From: Candidatus Omnitrophota bacterium
GTDB lineage: Bacteria > Omnitrophota > Gorgyraeia > Tantalellales > Tantalellaceae
DNA: 64,000 bases
NCBI GenBank assembly: GCA_024277375.1
Contig: JAJRVD010000027.1
Location: 19,063-83,062 of the forward strand
Direction of reading: 5' to 3'
Below, piece by piece: positions 41,594-51,759 of the stretch. Position numbers and translations under genes: made by a program. A model generated the notes under the pieces. The model saw only the letters and a program-made list of their open reading frames with translations. It was not told where the DNA came from and did no database searches. Position 1 is the first letter of the stretch; each line of letters opens with the position of its first letter.

Positions 41594-42391
41594 ATGAATA
41601 ATCCAATAGCCGCTATAGGCAGAGTATCAATTAATGTTTTTCAGGATACGATCAAAATACTGGGTCTTTTTTTTAATACGATCTGGTGGATAATTGTTGG
41701 TCCGTTTAAAGGAAAAACCGCCAGTCGCACGAGTGTTTTTGAACAGCTGGTATTCGCGGGGACCCAATCCGTCATTATCGTCTTTTTTATAACCTTTTTC
41801 ACCGGTATAGTTATAGCTATGCAGAGCGCTTATCAGCTTAAACAACTGGGTGCTGTAATATATGTCGCGCCCATGGTAAGCATAAGCATGGCGAGAGAAT
41901 TAGGCCCGGTGTTTGCCGCGTTAGTTGTTACCGGGAGAGTCGGCTCGGCTATTACAGCGGAACTCGGTACAATGAAGGTTTCTGAGCAGATAGAAGCATT
42001 AGAGACAATAGCGCTTGATCCGGTCAGATATCTTGTGGTTCCTCGTTTTCTGGCATTATTGATCATGTTGCCGTGTCTGACTATCATGGGGGACCTGATG
42101 GGGATATTGGGTGGCTTGGTCGTAGGAGTGTTTAACCTCAACATTAACCCATATAGATATGTTACTTTCTCATTCGACCTTATGACCTGGAAAGACATAT
42201 GGACGGGTTTGGTGAAAAGCGGAGCGTTCGCGATCATTATATCGCTAATTTCATGTCATGTAGGGTTGGAGACCCGCGGCGGCGCGGAAGGTGTTGGAAA
42301 ATCTACAACGCTAAGTGTTGTTTTAAGTTTTATTTTGATTATTTTGTTCGATTGTATTTTGACGGGAATATTTTTCTTTTCTAACATGTAA
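41594..42391 (+). CDS. mlaE: MlaE-family ABC permease
   Basis: RELGP, GRVGSAITAELGTMKVSEQIEAL, VVPR, GGAEGVG. Confidence 0.93.
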   Translation: MNNPIAAIGRVSINVFQDTIKILGLFFNTIWWIIVGPFKGKTASRTSVFEQLVFAGTQSVIIVFFITFFTGIVIAMQSAYQLKQLGAVIYVAPMVSISMARELGPVFAALVVTGRVGSAITAELGTMKVSEQIEALETIALDPVRYLVVPRFLALLIMLPCLTIMGDLMGILGGLVVGVFNLNINPYRYVTFSFDLMTWKDIWTGLVKSGAFAIIISLISCHVGLETRGGAEGVGKSTTLSVVLSFILIILFDCILTGIFFFSNM

Positions 42392-42593
42392 ATTCCTCAC
42401 ATAACTTACGCGACCGAAGGAAGCGTAAGTTATAAGTGGGGAATTTATCCTGAGCGAACGAACGAAGTGAGAGAGCCGAAGGATCTCATTCCAGATTCTT
42501 CGCTTCGCTCAGAATGACAGGAGTAGAGATTGCACGGGCCTGCGGCCCGCGCAATGAGGACATGACGAAAAGGCGAAACACAACAAGAATATC

Positions 42594-43394
42594 ATGGAAA
42601 ATAGAGAAGTAGTGATAGAAGTAAAAGATCTGGTGCGTAAGTTCGGAGACAGGACCGTTCTTAACGGAGTTAATCTCAAGGTGCATAGAGGTGAGATATT
42701 CGTTATTATGGGTGGTTCCGGATGCGGGAAAAGCACGCTTTTACGCCATATTATAGGTAATTTAAAACCCACATCGGGAAGGGTCGAATTGCTGGGTACG
42801 GATATTACGGACTTTTATGGGACAGAACTGGATGGTGTGCGCAAAAAGATAGGCATGTCATTCCAGTCTTCAGCGCTTTTTGACTCAATGACGGTTGCCG
42901 AGAATGTGAGTCTTCCCCTGAGAGAGCATACAAAACTCGAACAAAGCGTTATAGATATAATGGTGAAGATGAAGCTGGAGCTTGTGGGGCTCAGAGGGTT
43001 TGAAGACCTGTTGCCCAGTGAGATATCCGGTGGGATGAAAAAACGTGTGGGTCTTGCGCGCGCGATCGCCATGGACCCTGAAATTATTTTTTATGATGAA
43101 CCGACGGCCGGGTTGGATCCCATCGTCGCGGCAGTTGTAGATAAGCTTATTATCGACCTTGCCCGTAAACTTGCTATTACAAGTGTTGTTGTTACGCACG
43201 ATATGAAAAGCGTTATGACTATCGCGGATAGTGTAGCGATGCTTTACGAGGGGAAAGTGCTGGAAACCGGGACGGTAGAGGAGATAAAAAATTCAAAGAA
43301 TGAGATGGTTCAACAGTTCATTAATGGTGATCCGGACGGCCCTATACGATTTTTTCAACAGAAAGACGATTATTTAGAGCATTTAACGCAATAA
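42594..43394 (+). CDS. mlaF: MlaF-family ABC ATPase
   Basis: GGSGCGKST, ALFDSMTV, SGGMKKRVGLARA, DEPTAGLDP. Confidence 0.93.
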   Translation: MENREVVIEVKDLVRKFGDRTVLNGVNLKVHRGEIFVIMGGSGCGKSTLLRHIIGNLKPTSGRVELLGTDITDFYGTELDGVRKKIGMSFQSSALFDSMTVAENVSLPLREHTKLEQSVIDIMVKMKLELVGLRGFEDLLPSEISGGMKKRVGLARAIAMDPEIIFYDEPTAGLDPIVAAVVDKLIIDLARKLAITSVVVTHDMKSVMTIADSVAMLYEGKVLETGTVEEIKNSKNEMVQQFINGDPDGPIRFFQQKDDYLEHLTQ

Positions 43395-43409
43395 AAGAAG
43401 GAGATAAAA

Positions 43410-44003
43410 ATGAGATTTAACAATGAAATAAAAGCCGGGATAGTTGTTGCGGCAGCGATCGCCGCGGGGATGCTTTTCTTTCTTAAAACAGGGACAAATT
43501 ATACTGAGACATATGAGGTGAAGACATATTTTCAATACGCCGGAAATCTTACTGCTGATGCTACAGTGAAACTCGCGGGAATTGAAGTGGGTAGGCTTAA
43601 AGAAATGAAATTCGTGTATACTCCCGAGACGAAAGTTGAGTGTATTCTTGAAATTGACGGAGTGGCGAGAATACGAGAGGATTCGCTTGCCTACATAGAT
43701 ACCGCGGGTTTCGTGGGCGACGCGTATATCGGTATTACCGCGGGAGAATCTTCTGAATTTTTGAAGGCTGGAACCACACTCAATAGTGAAGATCCGGTCC
43801 AGATGCGGCTTTTGATGAAAAAGGCTGATGATATTACGAAGAATCTGGATAGTATTCTTGTCGATATCAAATCTATTGTTTCCGATAATAAGGGGAACAT
43901 AGATGATATCGTAGTCAACTTAGAAGCTACTACTGAGAATTTCAAGGAATTCAGCGAGGATGTTAAAAAACATCCGTGGAAACTCATGTTCAAAGGGGAA
44001 TAG
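43410..44003 (+). CDS. mlaD: MlaD/MCE-domain protein
   Basis: N-terminal TM, VKLAGIEVG, G.VGDAYI, helical tail HPWKL. Confidence 0.88.
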   Translation: MRFNNEIKAGIVVAAAIAAGMLFFLKTGTNYTETYEVKTYFQYAGNLTADATVKLAGIEVGRLKEMKFVYTPETKVECILEIDGVARIREDSLAYIDTAGFVGDAYIGITAGESSEFLKAGTTLNSEDPVQMRLLMKKADDITKNLDSILVDIKSIVSDNKGNIDDIVVNLEATTENFKEFSEDVKKHPWKLMFKGE

Positions 44004-44012
44004 TATATAAAC

Positions 44013-44792
44013 ATGATAAAAAAAATTATCATATGTGTTGCCTTCCTCTTAAGCCTGACTTATCTTACGTACGCCTCTAGCGATACGATCGTAATACTTT
44101 CTTTTGCCGGTGATGTGAAAATCATACCTTCCGGCGGAACAGATCCTGTTTTTTGTAATCCCGGTATGATATTGAAAGAAGGGACGCGTATTATTACGGG
44201 AGAAGAATCCTATCTTGAAATGGCTTTTGATAGATCCAGCCGAAACATCGTAATAGTAAAAGAGAACAGCGAAGTCGTCATTAGGCTGGACGGGATAGAC
44301 AAGATCAGTCTTATAGACGGTAAAATGTATACGCTTCTGCGGGAGCTTAAGAAAGGCGCGACTTTCAGGGTCCGGACACCAAGTGCCATATGCGGTGCTC
44401 GTGGTACCGGATGGAGCGTGTCGGCGGATGAAAACGTAACAGAGATCATATCTTTTGACGGCAGGGTTTTTGTTCGGGGCATAAACAGTGACGGGTCGGG
44501 AGCGGAAGAAGAGGTCTGGATCGAGTAAGGATATTCCAGGAAGATAAGAAAGTTCGAACGCCCCGGTAAAATGGAGAAGGTATCAGAAGCTAAGCTATCA
44601 GACTTGTTGGCGGAATTCGGGATCAAGAAAAACATACAAGATCATGACAAAATAAAAGCTATCAGTAAAATGCAGCGGATGAGAGAGGAACACACCGAAC
44701 ATTTGCTTGAGAAAAAAGATGAGAGTAGGTTTGATCAGATGCGTGATGATAAAAAAAATGACAGATCCTCGGGCGGCGGTCAGAAACACTAG
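44013..44792 (+). CDS. Secreted FecR-domain protein, interrupted by in-frame TAA at 44526
   Basis: FRVRTPSAICGARGT; WIE*GYSRKIRKFERPGK aligns with paralog WVKEGFERKVNKFERPGK. Confidence 0.8.
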
Positions 44793-44858
44793 GGTTAGAT
44801 TGGTCACACTGCCAAGTGGTCAATAAATAGGCTTGTGCAAAATGGAACTTTTGTTATT

Positions 44859-44977
44859 CAGGGTGTGTCGTAATTCGTTTTGCGGATGACAGCATACAAC
44901 ATATTGTAGGGGTTCGATTCATCGAACCCGATATAACGGGCTTGATAAATCAAGCCCGTACATTATGACACAGTCTG
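44859..44977 (+). mobile_element. 119-bp MITE copy 3
   Basis: cagggtgtgtcgtaa...ttatgacacagtctg; lies inside IR taggcttgtgcaaaatg/cgtttcgcacaagtcta. Confidence 0.8.
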
Positions 44978-45009
44978 ATAAAAAACAGCGTTTCGCACAA
45001 GTCTAGTCA

Positions 45010-45930
45010 ATGAATACAAAGGAGGGTGATATGAAATTTTTTTTAACCTTTACAGTATGCGCGATATTCGCGATCTGTGCCTCTTTCTCAGGGCATGCTT
45101 TGCCGGAGAAAGTAAGTATCATTTCTTATGGAGGGGATGCCAAAGTTGTTTTCGCGGGCCAGACAGACTCTATCGCGTGTAAGCCGGGAATGCTTTTAGA
45201 GGCGGGAGCGCGTCTCATAACCGGCAAGAACTCTTTTATCGAAATAGCTTTTGATGAAAACGCGGACAATATCGTAAAAGTTGAAGAAGAAACAGAGGTT
45301 ATTATCAAATTGTCGGGTATAGACAAGATCGAACTTGTTGATGGTGAGATGTTCACGCTGTTACAGGCTTTGGATGGAAAAGAAACTTTTCAGGTTCGTA
45401 CGCCGTTCGCGACCTGTGGAGCCAGGGGAACCGGGTGGAGGACTAAAACAGATGGCAATACCACTGATGTGGCGGTTATCAGGGACAAAGTTTACATTCG
45501 CGGTATAAATAAAGACGGGTCTGACATGGAAAAGAAATTTTGGGTTAAGGAGGGTTTTGAGAGAAAGGTAAATAAATTTGAGCGTCCCGGAAAAACGCAA
45601 AAAATAGATAAGGTAAGGTTTTCTGGCATGGAAAAAGAGATCAAGGTTCTTCAAAAGACCAAAGACAAAAAAAGAGTCCTGCCTAAGGAACCGATAAGGA
45701 CGCTGGAGAATCCTATTGTGAATAAATTGGACGATACTATCGACAAGATGGATAGGATCGACAGAATAGTGGGCCGTCAGGAGAAAGTAGAGATTAGAGA
45801 AAGGATAGACGACAGAAGAGAAGGCTTCAGAGATATAAAGAGAGATAATGTTTTAGACCGTAAGAGTGACAACAAAGTAGTGAATATACGTTTACGGAAA
45901 CCGAAGCCCGATGGCGGAGGAAATCAATAA
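45010..45930 (+). CDS. Secreted FecR-domain protein with charged tail
   Basis: Signal peptide (likely start 45031), FQVRTPFATCGARGT. Confidence 0.85.
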   Translation: MNTKEGDMKFFLTFTVCAIFAICASFSGHALPEKVSIISYGGDAKVVFAGQTDSIACKPGMLLEAGARLITGKNSFIEIAFDENADNIVKVEEETEVIIKLSGIDKIELVDGEMFTLLQALDGKETFQVRTPFATCGARGTGWRTKTDGNTTDVAVIRDKVYIRGINKDGSDMEKKFWVKEGFERKVNKFERPGKTQKIDKVRFSGMEKEIKVLQKTKDKKRVLPKEPIRTLENPIVNKLDDTIDKMDRIDRIVGRQEKVEIRERIDDRREGFRDIKRDNVLDRKSDNKVVNIRLRKPKPDGGGNQ

Positions 45931-46961
45931 TGCGAAGATATTTCCTCGGCACATGTGTCCTTTTTATAGCCTTAGCCTTCGGTGGGGTAAGATCTTTTGC
46001 CGTTGATGAACAGATAACGGATAGGTATCCTTCTACAAGCCAGCCTCCGGAGAAAATAAAAGAAGTTGAGGAAGATGTTCCTTTCGAGCGAAAGCTCACA
46101 GAAATTACCGGATTTGTAGATCTACAGCAGGGCTATGACAATAATGTTGATCTTAATTCACAAAGACACAAAGATGGATTTTTGCAGGGGACGGCAAATA
46201 TAGACGTCAAATATGAACAGGCGGATAATTTAAAGTTGCGTGCGGGGGTAGATCTCTTTGAAGCGATTTACTATAAGCACAATGTTAATAACCTGTTAGA
46301 TGTGTCTCCTTATGCTGGTTTTGATCTGGAGATAACGCCTGAGATCATTTCCCGTAATCGTGTTATGTTTGAATATTTTTCTTATCCGAACAAGAAGGAA
46401 AGTACGTTTTCCGGGATCGTCCTTACATCGTATCTAAGGCATTATATTTCAAGAACGTTATATCAGGAAGTCGGATATGAATATATTCGGAGGTGGTATC
46501 CTGATAAGAAGGTGGCTCTCCATGAAGCGCAAGAAGGAAATATTGACAGGGGTGACGAGCGATATAGAGTCAAGTATAACGTAGGGATGTATTCGGATCG
46601 TTTTTTTGTGCGACTGAGCAATGAGTTCGCCCGGAATAACTCGAATTATACGTATCAGGAATATTATGATTATTGGTACTACAGGGTTAAGCCGTCAATC
46701 ATGTATTTCTTTACGGAAAAATTATATACAGCGGTAGGCGTTATTTATAAACGCACGAAATACAAGGATCGGCGTAGTACCGACGATCCCACGAAGATAG
46801 TAATAGATAACACTGTCATATGCGATGCTACCCTGTATTACGATATTACTTCCGGTATGACGTTCGGCCTTACGTATGCTTATAGCGAAAATTTTTCTAA
46901 TGATCCATATCAGCAATATTCAGGCAGTGTGGTTTCCGGAGGGATCTACTACAGTTTCTAA
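45930..46961 (+). CDS. Outer-membrane beta-barrel protein
   Basis: Signal peptide, GYDNNV, Tyr-rich alternating strands, C-terminal GIYYSF. Confidence 0.8.
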   Translation: MRRYFLGTCVLFIALAFGGVRSFAVDEQITDRYPSTSQPPEKIKEVEEDVPFERKLTEITGFVDLQQGYDNNVDLNSQRHKDGFLQGTANIDVKYEQADNLKLRAGVDLFEAIYYKHNVNNLLDVSPYAGFDLEITPEIISRNRVMFEYFSYPNKKESTFSGIVLTSYLRHYISRTLYQEVGYEYIRRWYPDKKVALHEAQEGNIDRGDERYRVKYNVGMYSDRFFVRLSNEFARNNSNYTYQEYYDYWYYRVKPSIMYFFTEKLYTAVGVIYKRTKYKDRRSTDDPTKIVIDNTVICDATLYYDITSGMTFGLTYAYSENFSNDPYQQYSGSVVSGGIYYSF

Positions 46962-46963
46962 AT

Positions 46964-48880
46964 ATGTTTAAAGAGTTTGATAGAACGAAAGTATTTTATT
47001 TTTTATTAATAGCCTCTCTAGTGGGGTTATTCCTCTATTTTTCATATTCCAGAGCATTTGATGAATTTGAGAACAGTGCTATTGATTTCCGTTTAAAATT
47101 GCGTCCGCACCAGGATGTTAGTGATGATATAGTTATTATTGAGATTGGTGATGACTCTATAGAGAAACTGGGGAAATGGCCTTTTCCCCGTAATTATCAC
47201 GCCCTTCTTACAAACGCGCTAAAACATTCCGGGGTAAAGACCATAGTTTTTGATATATTTTTCAGTGAAGGCAAAAAAGAGGATGAAGAGTTTGCCAGGG
47301 CTATTAGAGAAGCCGGTAACGTATATATGCCTCATGTTTTTGAGTTGGATAGGGAGAATCCGGACAGATCACGTCTTTGTGCCACAGGTTTTGCCGCTCG
47401 TTTGATAGAAGTGTACAAAAAGCCCGCTAAGGGTGTTGGTTTTATTAATGTTGTTCCGGAGATCGATGGTAAGATCCGCAGAGTTCCCCCTTTTGTCGAA
47501 TATGAAGGTGTATACCATCCGCATATAACCGTTTTAGCTGTACTGAATAACTTGGGATATAGCTTCAGCGACGTCAAGATCATTCCTCAGAAAAGTTTTA
47601 TTGTCTCTGAGGATCTGGTTATCCCTTTGGACGAGAATTCTTCGATCCTGGTTAATTATCCGGATGTTTGGGGCAAAGCTTTTCGACACTATTCCTACAT
47701 AGATATATTGCAATCTTACCTGGCGGATGTAACAGGACAGGAACCCATCGTGGACTTAAGTGAACTGAAAGACACGGTTTGCTTTATAGGCCTTACAGCG
47801 ACAGCATCACCGGATGCTCATCCATCGCCGATGGAACCGCTTTATCCGGGAGTAGGGGTTCATACGAGTCTTTATAACAGTGTGTTGAATAAAAGTCTTT
47901 TAGTAAGATTGAACCGGTGGTGGAATCTTCTTATTCTGATTATGCTGTGGGTGCTTACGGCATTCGTTACATCAAGAAGTCGTAAAAGGTTTGTTATCCC
48001 TTTTATTGTTCTTCTTATGGTGTCCTTTGTCTCCGCGGCGGTACTGCTCTTTTGTTTCGCGGGTATATGGATAGATGTTTTTTATCCTGTTGTTACGGTA
48101 GCCGCCGTGTATGTTGTTTTCGCGTTCAAAAAATATGTGGGTGAAATACAAAAGCGTGAGATATTAGAGAAAGAACTGGATATCGCGAAAAATATACAAC
48201 AGAGTTTTCTCCCCAGAGAGATCCCGGAGGTGGGAGGCATTAAGATAGGCGTTGAAATGTTAACGGCACGTCAGGTAGGTGGGGATCTTTATGATATTGT
48301 GCAGCTTGACGAGGATAGACTTGGCGTTATGTTGGGCGATGTTTCGGGGAAGGGGGTTCCGGCGGCTCTTTATATGGCAAGGGTTGTAAGTGTTTTTAAA
48401 ACCTATGTAAGGAAAGGCGCCGTCGCCGAGGTCGTAAAAAAAGTAAATGAAAGGTTGGTTGACGAGGGCGGCAGTAATCTTTTTGTAACGTTGACGTATA
48501 TGGAGTTCAAGACAAAGACCAATACTGTAGACATGGCGATAGGAGGGCATTTGCCTACTATTGTTATAGGCCCGGATGGGAATGTGGAGCTTCTTAATGT
48601 TGAGGAAGGAATGCCTTTGGGGCTTATAAGCAGTGACTTTTCACAAATAACATATAAGTATAAACCCGGAAGCATCTTTGTGCTTTATACCGATGGTGTT
48701 ACCGAGGCGATGAACCTGAAAAAAGATATGTTTGAAGAAGAGCGTCTTGTAGAACTTTCTAAAACACTAAAAGGATGTTCGCCAGAAGAAGTTGTAAAAA
48801 CAATTCACAAGGCCGTAGATGACTTTGCTGGTAAGGCCAAGCAATTCGATGACATCACGGTGATGGCGATTAAAACGTAA
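46964..48880 (+). CDS. CHASE2 sensor-3TM-PP2C (SpoIIE/RsbU-type) phosphatase
   Basis: LGKWPFPR, FDIFFSE, DGKIRR, PGVGVH (CHASE2); VGGDLYD, GDVSGKG, YTDGVTEA, DDIT (PP2C). Confidence 0.92.
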   Translation: MFKEFDRTKVFYFLLIASLVGLFLYFSYSRAFDEFENSAIDFRLKLRPHQDVSDDIVIIEIGDDSIEKLGKWPFPRNYHALLTNALKHSGVKTIVFDIFFSEGKKEDEEFARAIREAGNVYMPHVFELDRENPDRSRLCATGFAARLIEVYKKPAKGVGFINVVPEIDGKIRRVPPFVEYEGVYHPHITVLAVLNNLGYSFSDVKIIPQKSFIVSEDLVIPLDENSSILVNYPDVWGKAFRHYSYIDILQSYLADVTGQEPIVDLSELKDTVCFIGLTATASPDAHPSPMEPLYPGVGVHTSLYNSVLNKSLLVRLNRWWNLLILIMLWVLTAFVTSRSRKRFVIPFIVLLMVSFVSAAVLLFCFAGIWIDVFYPVVTVAAVYVVFAFKKYVGEIQKREILEKELDIAKNIQQSFLPREIPEVGGIKIGVEMLTARQVGGDLYDIVQLDEDRLGVMLGDVSGKGVPAALYMARVVSVFKTYVRKGAVAEVVKKVNERLVDEGGSNLFVTLTYMEFKTKTNTVDMAIGGHLPTIVIGPDGNVELLNVEEGMPLGLISSDFSQITYKYKPGSIFVLYTDGVTEAMNLKKDMFEEERLVELSKTLKGCSPEEVVKTIHKAVDDFAGKAKQFDDITVMAIKT

Positions 48881-49092
48881 CCTGCTATATGTGCTGAGAT
48901 AAATATGTGGATGATGCTAAAACATGTGGAGAAATAGGGGACTGTGCCAAGCGGCGAAGCCGCGCGTGGACTGTCCCCTATTTCTCCCGAACTGCGCGCG
49001 GTACCCCTGCCAATACCTGAGAAGCATGAAGTAAAATAGAAGCGGGATCTGCCCGCGAACCAAAAAAGTGTCAAAATATCAAAAGGAAAAAT

Positions 49093-50721
49093 ATGAAGTT
49101 AGAATTAAAAAAATTAAATAATTTTACACCTCGGAAAGGGCCGCTTTTGCTTATAATTATGGATGGTGTGGGGATAGGGCCTGAAGATGAGTCCAATGCC
49201 GTCTATGTTGCTAAGACACCATGCCTGGATCGTTTGTTTAGCAGCGATTTGTACTCTACGCTACAAGCGCACGGTGTCGCGGTGGGGCTTCCGAGCGATG
49301 AAGATATGGGAAATAGCGAAGTCGGACATAATGCTTTGGGTGCGGGACGTGTTTTTGCTCAAGGCGCTAAAATGGTAAATAATGCCATAAGCGATGGGAC
49401 TATTTTTAAAACGGATATATGGAATAAATTGTCGAATAAAGGGGAAAATGATGGCGGTACGATCCATTTTATAGGGCTCTTGTCGGATGGCAATGTTCAT
49501 TCTCATATTGAACAGTTGTTCGCGATGATAAAACAGCTTGCCAATGACGGTGTTAGAAGTGTGCGTGTGCATGTGCTTTTGGATGGTAGAGATGTTTACG
49601 AGAAATCCGCGTTGACGCACATAGATAAGACAGAGGAAGTGCTTGTTAAGATACGTTCCGAGAAAGGATATGATTATAGGATAGCTTCAGGCGGCGGACG
49701 AATGGTGACGACAATGGATCGATATAGTGCTGATTGGAGTGTTGTGAAAAACGGATGGGACGCGCATGTGCTCGGCAAGGCACGTCGGTTCTCTTCAGCG
49801 CGCGAAGCGGTAGAGACGTATTATAACGAAGATCCTAAAGCGACCGATCAGTATTTGCCGACTTTTGTCGTCGAGGAGGATGATAAGCCCGTGGGTCCTA
49901 TTGTTGACGGGGATTCGGTGATATTTTTTAATTTTAGAGGTGATCGCGCGATCGAGATCTCTCGCGCGTTTGAAGAGAAAGATTTTTCTGAATTTGATCG
50001 AGAAAGGGTTCCTGATGTTCTTTATGTCGGGATGATGGAATATGACGGAGATCTGCATATCCCTGAACATTTTCTGGTAGATCCGCCGCAGATCGACCGT
50101 ACGCTTTCAGAATATCTGTGTTCAGCGAACGTTAGTATGTTCGCGATCTCTGAAACTCAAAAATTCGGACATGTGACTTATTTCTGGAACGGGAATAAAT
50201 CGGGATATATTTGTCCCGATATTGAAGAGTATATCGAGATCCCTTCGGATAAAATACGGTTTGATAAAGCGCCCGGGATGAAAGCGGCGGAAATCACGGA
50301 TAAGACCATAGAATTATTAAAAAGCGGTAAATTCCGCTTTGGACGTCTTAATTTCCCGAACGGGGATATGGTAGGGCATACGGCATCGGAAAAAGCCGTA
50401 ATAGAAGCGGTAGAGTCGGTAGATGCCTCTGTTCAAAGACTTCTGGATGTTATAAAAGAACTCGGCGGTGTTGCTCTAATTACGGCCGATCATGGGAATT
50501 CTGATGAGATGTTTACTATAAAGGATGGTAAACACATACCTAAAACGGCCCATACCCTTAATCCTGTGCCTTTTGTGATATATGATCCTGAGTACTCAGA
50601 GGAATATAAGATGCGGGATCTGTCCGAAAGAGGACTTTCTAATGTAGCGGGTACGATCCTCAACCTTCTGGGGTATGAGAATGTAGAAGATTATGATCCA
50701 TCGCTGGTGGAGCTTAAATAG
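49093..50721 (+). CDS. gpmI: 2,3-BPG-independent phosphoglycerate mutase
   Basis: MGNSEVGH, SDGNVHSH, NFRGDR, DMVGHT, TADHGN. Confidence 0.97.
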   Translation: MKLELKKLNNFTPRKGPLLLIIMDGVGIGPEDESNAVYVAKTPCLDRLFSSDLYSTLQAHGVAVGLPSDEDMGNSEVGHNALGAGRVFAQGAKMVNNAISDGTIFKTDIWNKLSNKGENDGGTIHFIGLLSDGNVHSHIEQLFAMIKQLANDGVRSVRVHVLLDGRDVYEKSALTHIDKTEEVLVKIRSEKGYDYRIASGGGRMVTTMDRYSADWSVVKNGWDAHVLGKARRFSSAREAVETYYNEDPKATDQYLPTFVVEEDDKPVGPIVDGDSVIFFNFRGDRAIEISRAFEEKDFSEFDRERVPDVLYVGMMEYDGDLHIPEHFLVDPPQIDRTLSEYLCSANVSMFAISETQKFGHVTYFWNGNKSGYICPDIEEYIEIPSDKIRFDKAPGMKAAEITDKTIELLKSGKFRFGRLNFPNGDMVGHTASEKAVIEAVESVDASVQRLLDVIKELGGVALITADHGNSDEMFTIKDGKHIPKTAHTLNPVPFVIYDPEYSEEYKMRDLSERGLSNVAGTILNLLGYENVEDYDPSLVELK

Positions 50722-50723
50722 TC

Positions 50724-50752
50724 TTGACTATTAGGCCTTAAAATAATACAAT
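50724..50752 (+). promoter_or_regulatory. Promoter of tRNA-Leu/tRNA-Ala
   Basis: TTGACT-17 bp-TACAAT. Confidence 0.65.
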
Positions 50753-50778
50753 TATTCCTCTGATCTTTCGAATATAAA

Positions 50779-50865
50779 GCCGGAGTGGTGGAATTGGCAG
50801 ACGCGCTGGATTCAAAATCCAGTGAGGGCAACCTCATGTGGGTTCAAGTCCCACCTCCGGTACCA
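50779..50865 (+). tRNA. tRNA-Leu(CAA)
   Basis: Cloverleaf with long variable arm, ctgga-TTCAAAA-tccag anticodon arm, GGTTCAAGTCC, CCA end. Confidence 0.95.
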
Positions 50866-51026
50866 AAATTCCTGAATAACAGGAATTTTGTGAACAGATA
50901 TCTTGAAAAACAGATATCTGTTCAGTTCGTTCGGCGCAAAACCATCGGAAATAAATTCCCGTGATTTTGCTTCTCGCGAACTTTTACCGGAATGGGGATC
51001 TTCTTGGTGGGGGCGCTTAAGGGATT

Positions 51027-51043
51027 TCCCACCTCCGGTACCA
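51027..51043 (+). repeat. 17-bp direct repeat of the tRNA-Leu 3' end (att-like)
   Basis: tcccacctccggtacca is identical to 50849-50865. Confidence 0.85.
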
Positions 51044-51060
51044 GTTTGCATGAAATATGT

Positions 51061-51136
51061 GGGGCTGTAGCTCAGCTGGGAGAGCGCGTGCATGGCATGC
51101 ATGAGGTCAGGGGTTCGAGCCCCCTCAGCTCCACCA
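51061..51136 (+). tRNA. tRNA-Ala(GGC)
   Basis: GGGGCTGTAGCTCAG..ATGGCAT loop..GGTTCGAG..CTCCACCA. Confidence 0.95.
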
Positions 51137-51339
51137 TTTCAACAAAAAAGAGGGACTGTCCCGAGTGAGCGCAGCGAACGGGTGGACTGTTTAAAAATAT
51201 ACTTTTTTAGTCTGTTGTGGGCGTAAGTACGCGTTATTGGAATAGTTTACGAAGTTCAAGGGTTTTTACTCTGTTTTTTGTCTGCTTTGTATCATGTATC
51301 ACACAAAGTTCCCCTTGAACCGGACGCGAGATAACAAAA

Positions 51340-51759
51340 ATGGAGGGGAAAATGGATAAGACGAAAATGGAGGGGTTCGGACCGCATTTGATGCTGGACC
51401 TCAGACAATGTAATCAGGAAAAACTAAAAGACTATAGTCTTATATTTAATATTCTGCATGAGCTTCCCAAAAAGATCGGGATGACAAAAATAACTCAGCC
51501 GTATGTATTTCCGTATTCCGGCCTTGTTCCTGAAGATAAAGGCATAACGGGAACGGTGATCATAGCGGAAAGTCATATTTCAATACATACTTTTCAGGAG
51601 AAAGACTATTGTTTTGTAGATGTATTTTCCTGTAAGGAATTCTCCGTTGAATTCGCCGCGGAATACCTTATAAATGCTTTTGAATCAAAGGAATTCGATA
51701 AACACATAGTTCATAGGGGTAGATATTTTGCGATACATCCAGAACTTGAAAAAGTATAG
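51340..51759 (+). CDS. speD: Pyruvoyl-dependent decarboxylase proenzyme, SpeD/SpeH fold
   Basis: GPHLMLD, IAE^SHISIHT cleavage motif, DVFSC; substrate uncertain. Confidence 0.8.
   Translation: MEGKMDKTKMEGFGPHLMLDLRQCNQEKLKDYSLIFNILHELPKKIGMTKITQPYVFPYSGLVPEDKGITGTVIIAESHISIHTFQEKDYCFVDVFSCKEFSVEFAAEYLINAFESKEFDKHIVHRGRYFAIHPELEKV

Noticed and set aside
50812-51102. 96-aa minus-strand ORF, and the 57999-58247 ORF
   Set aside because: Antisense translations of tRNA genes.
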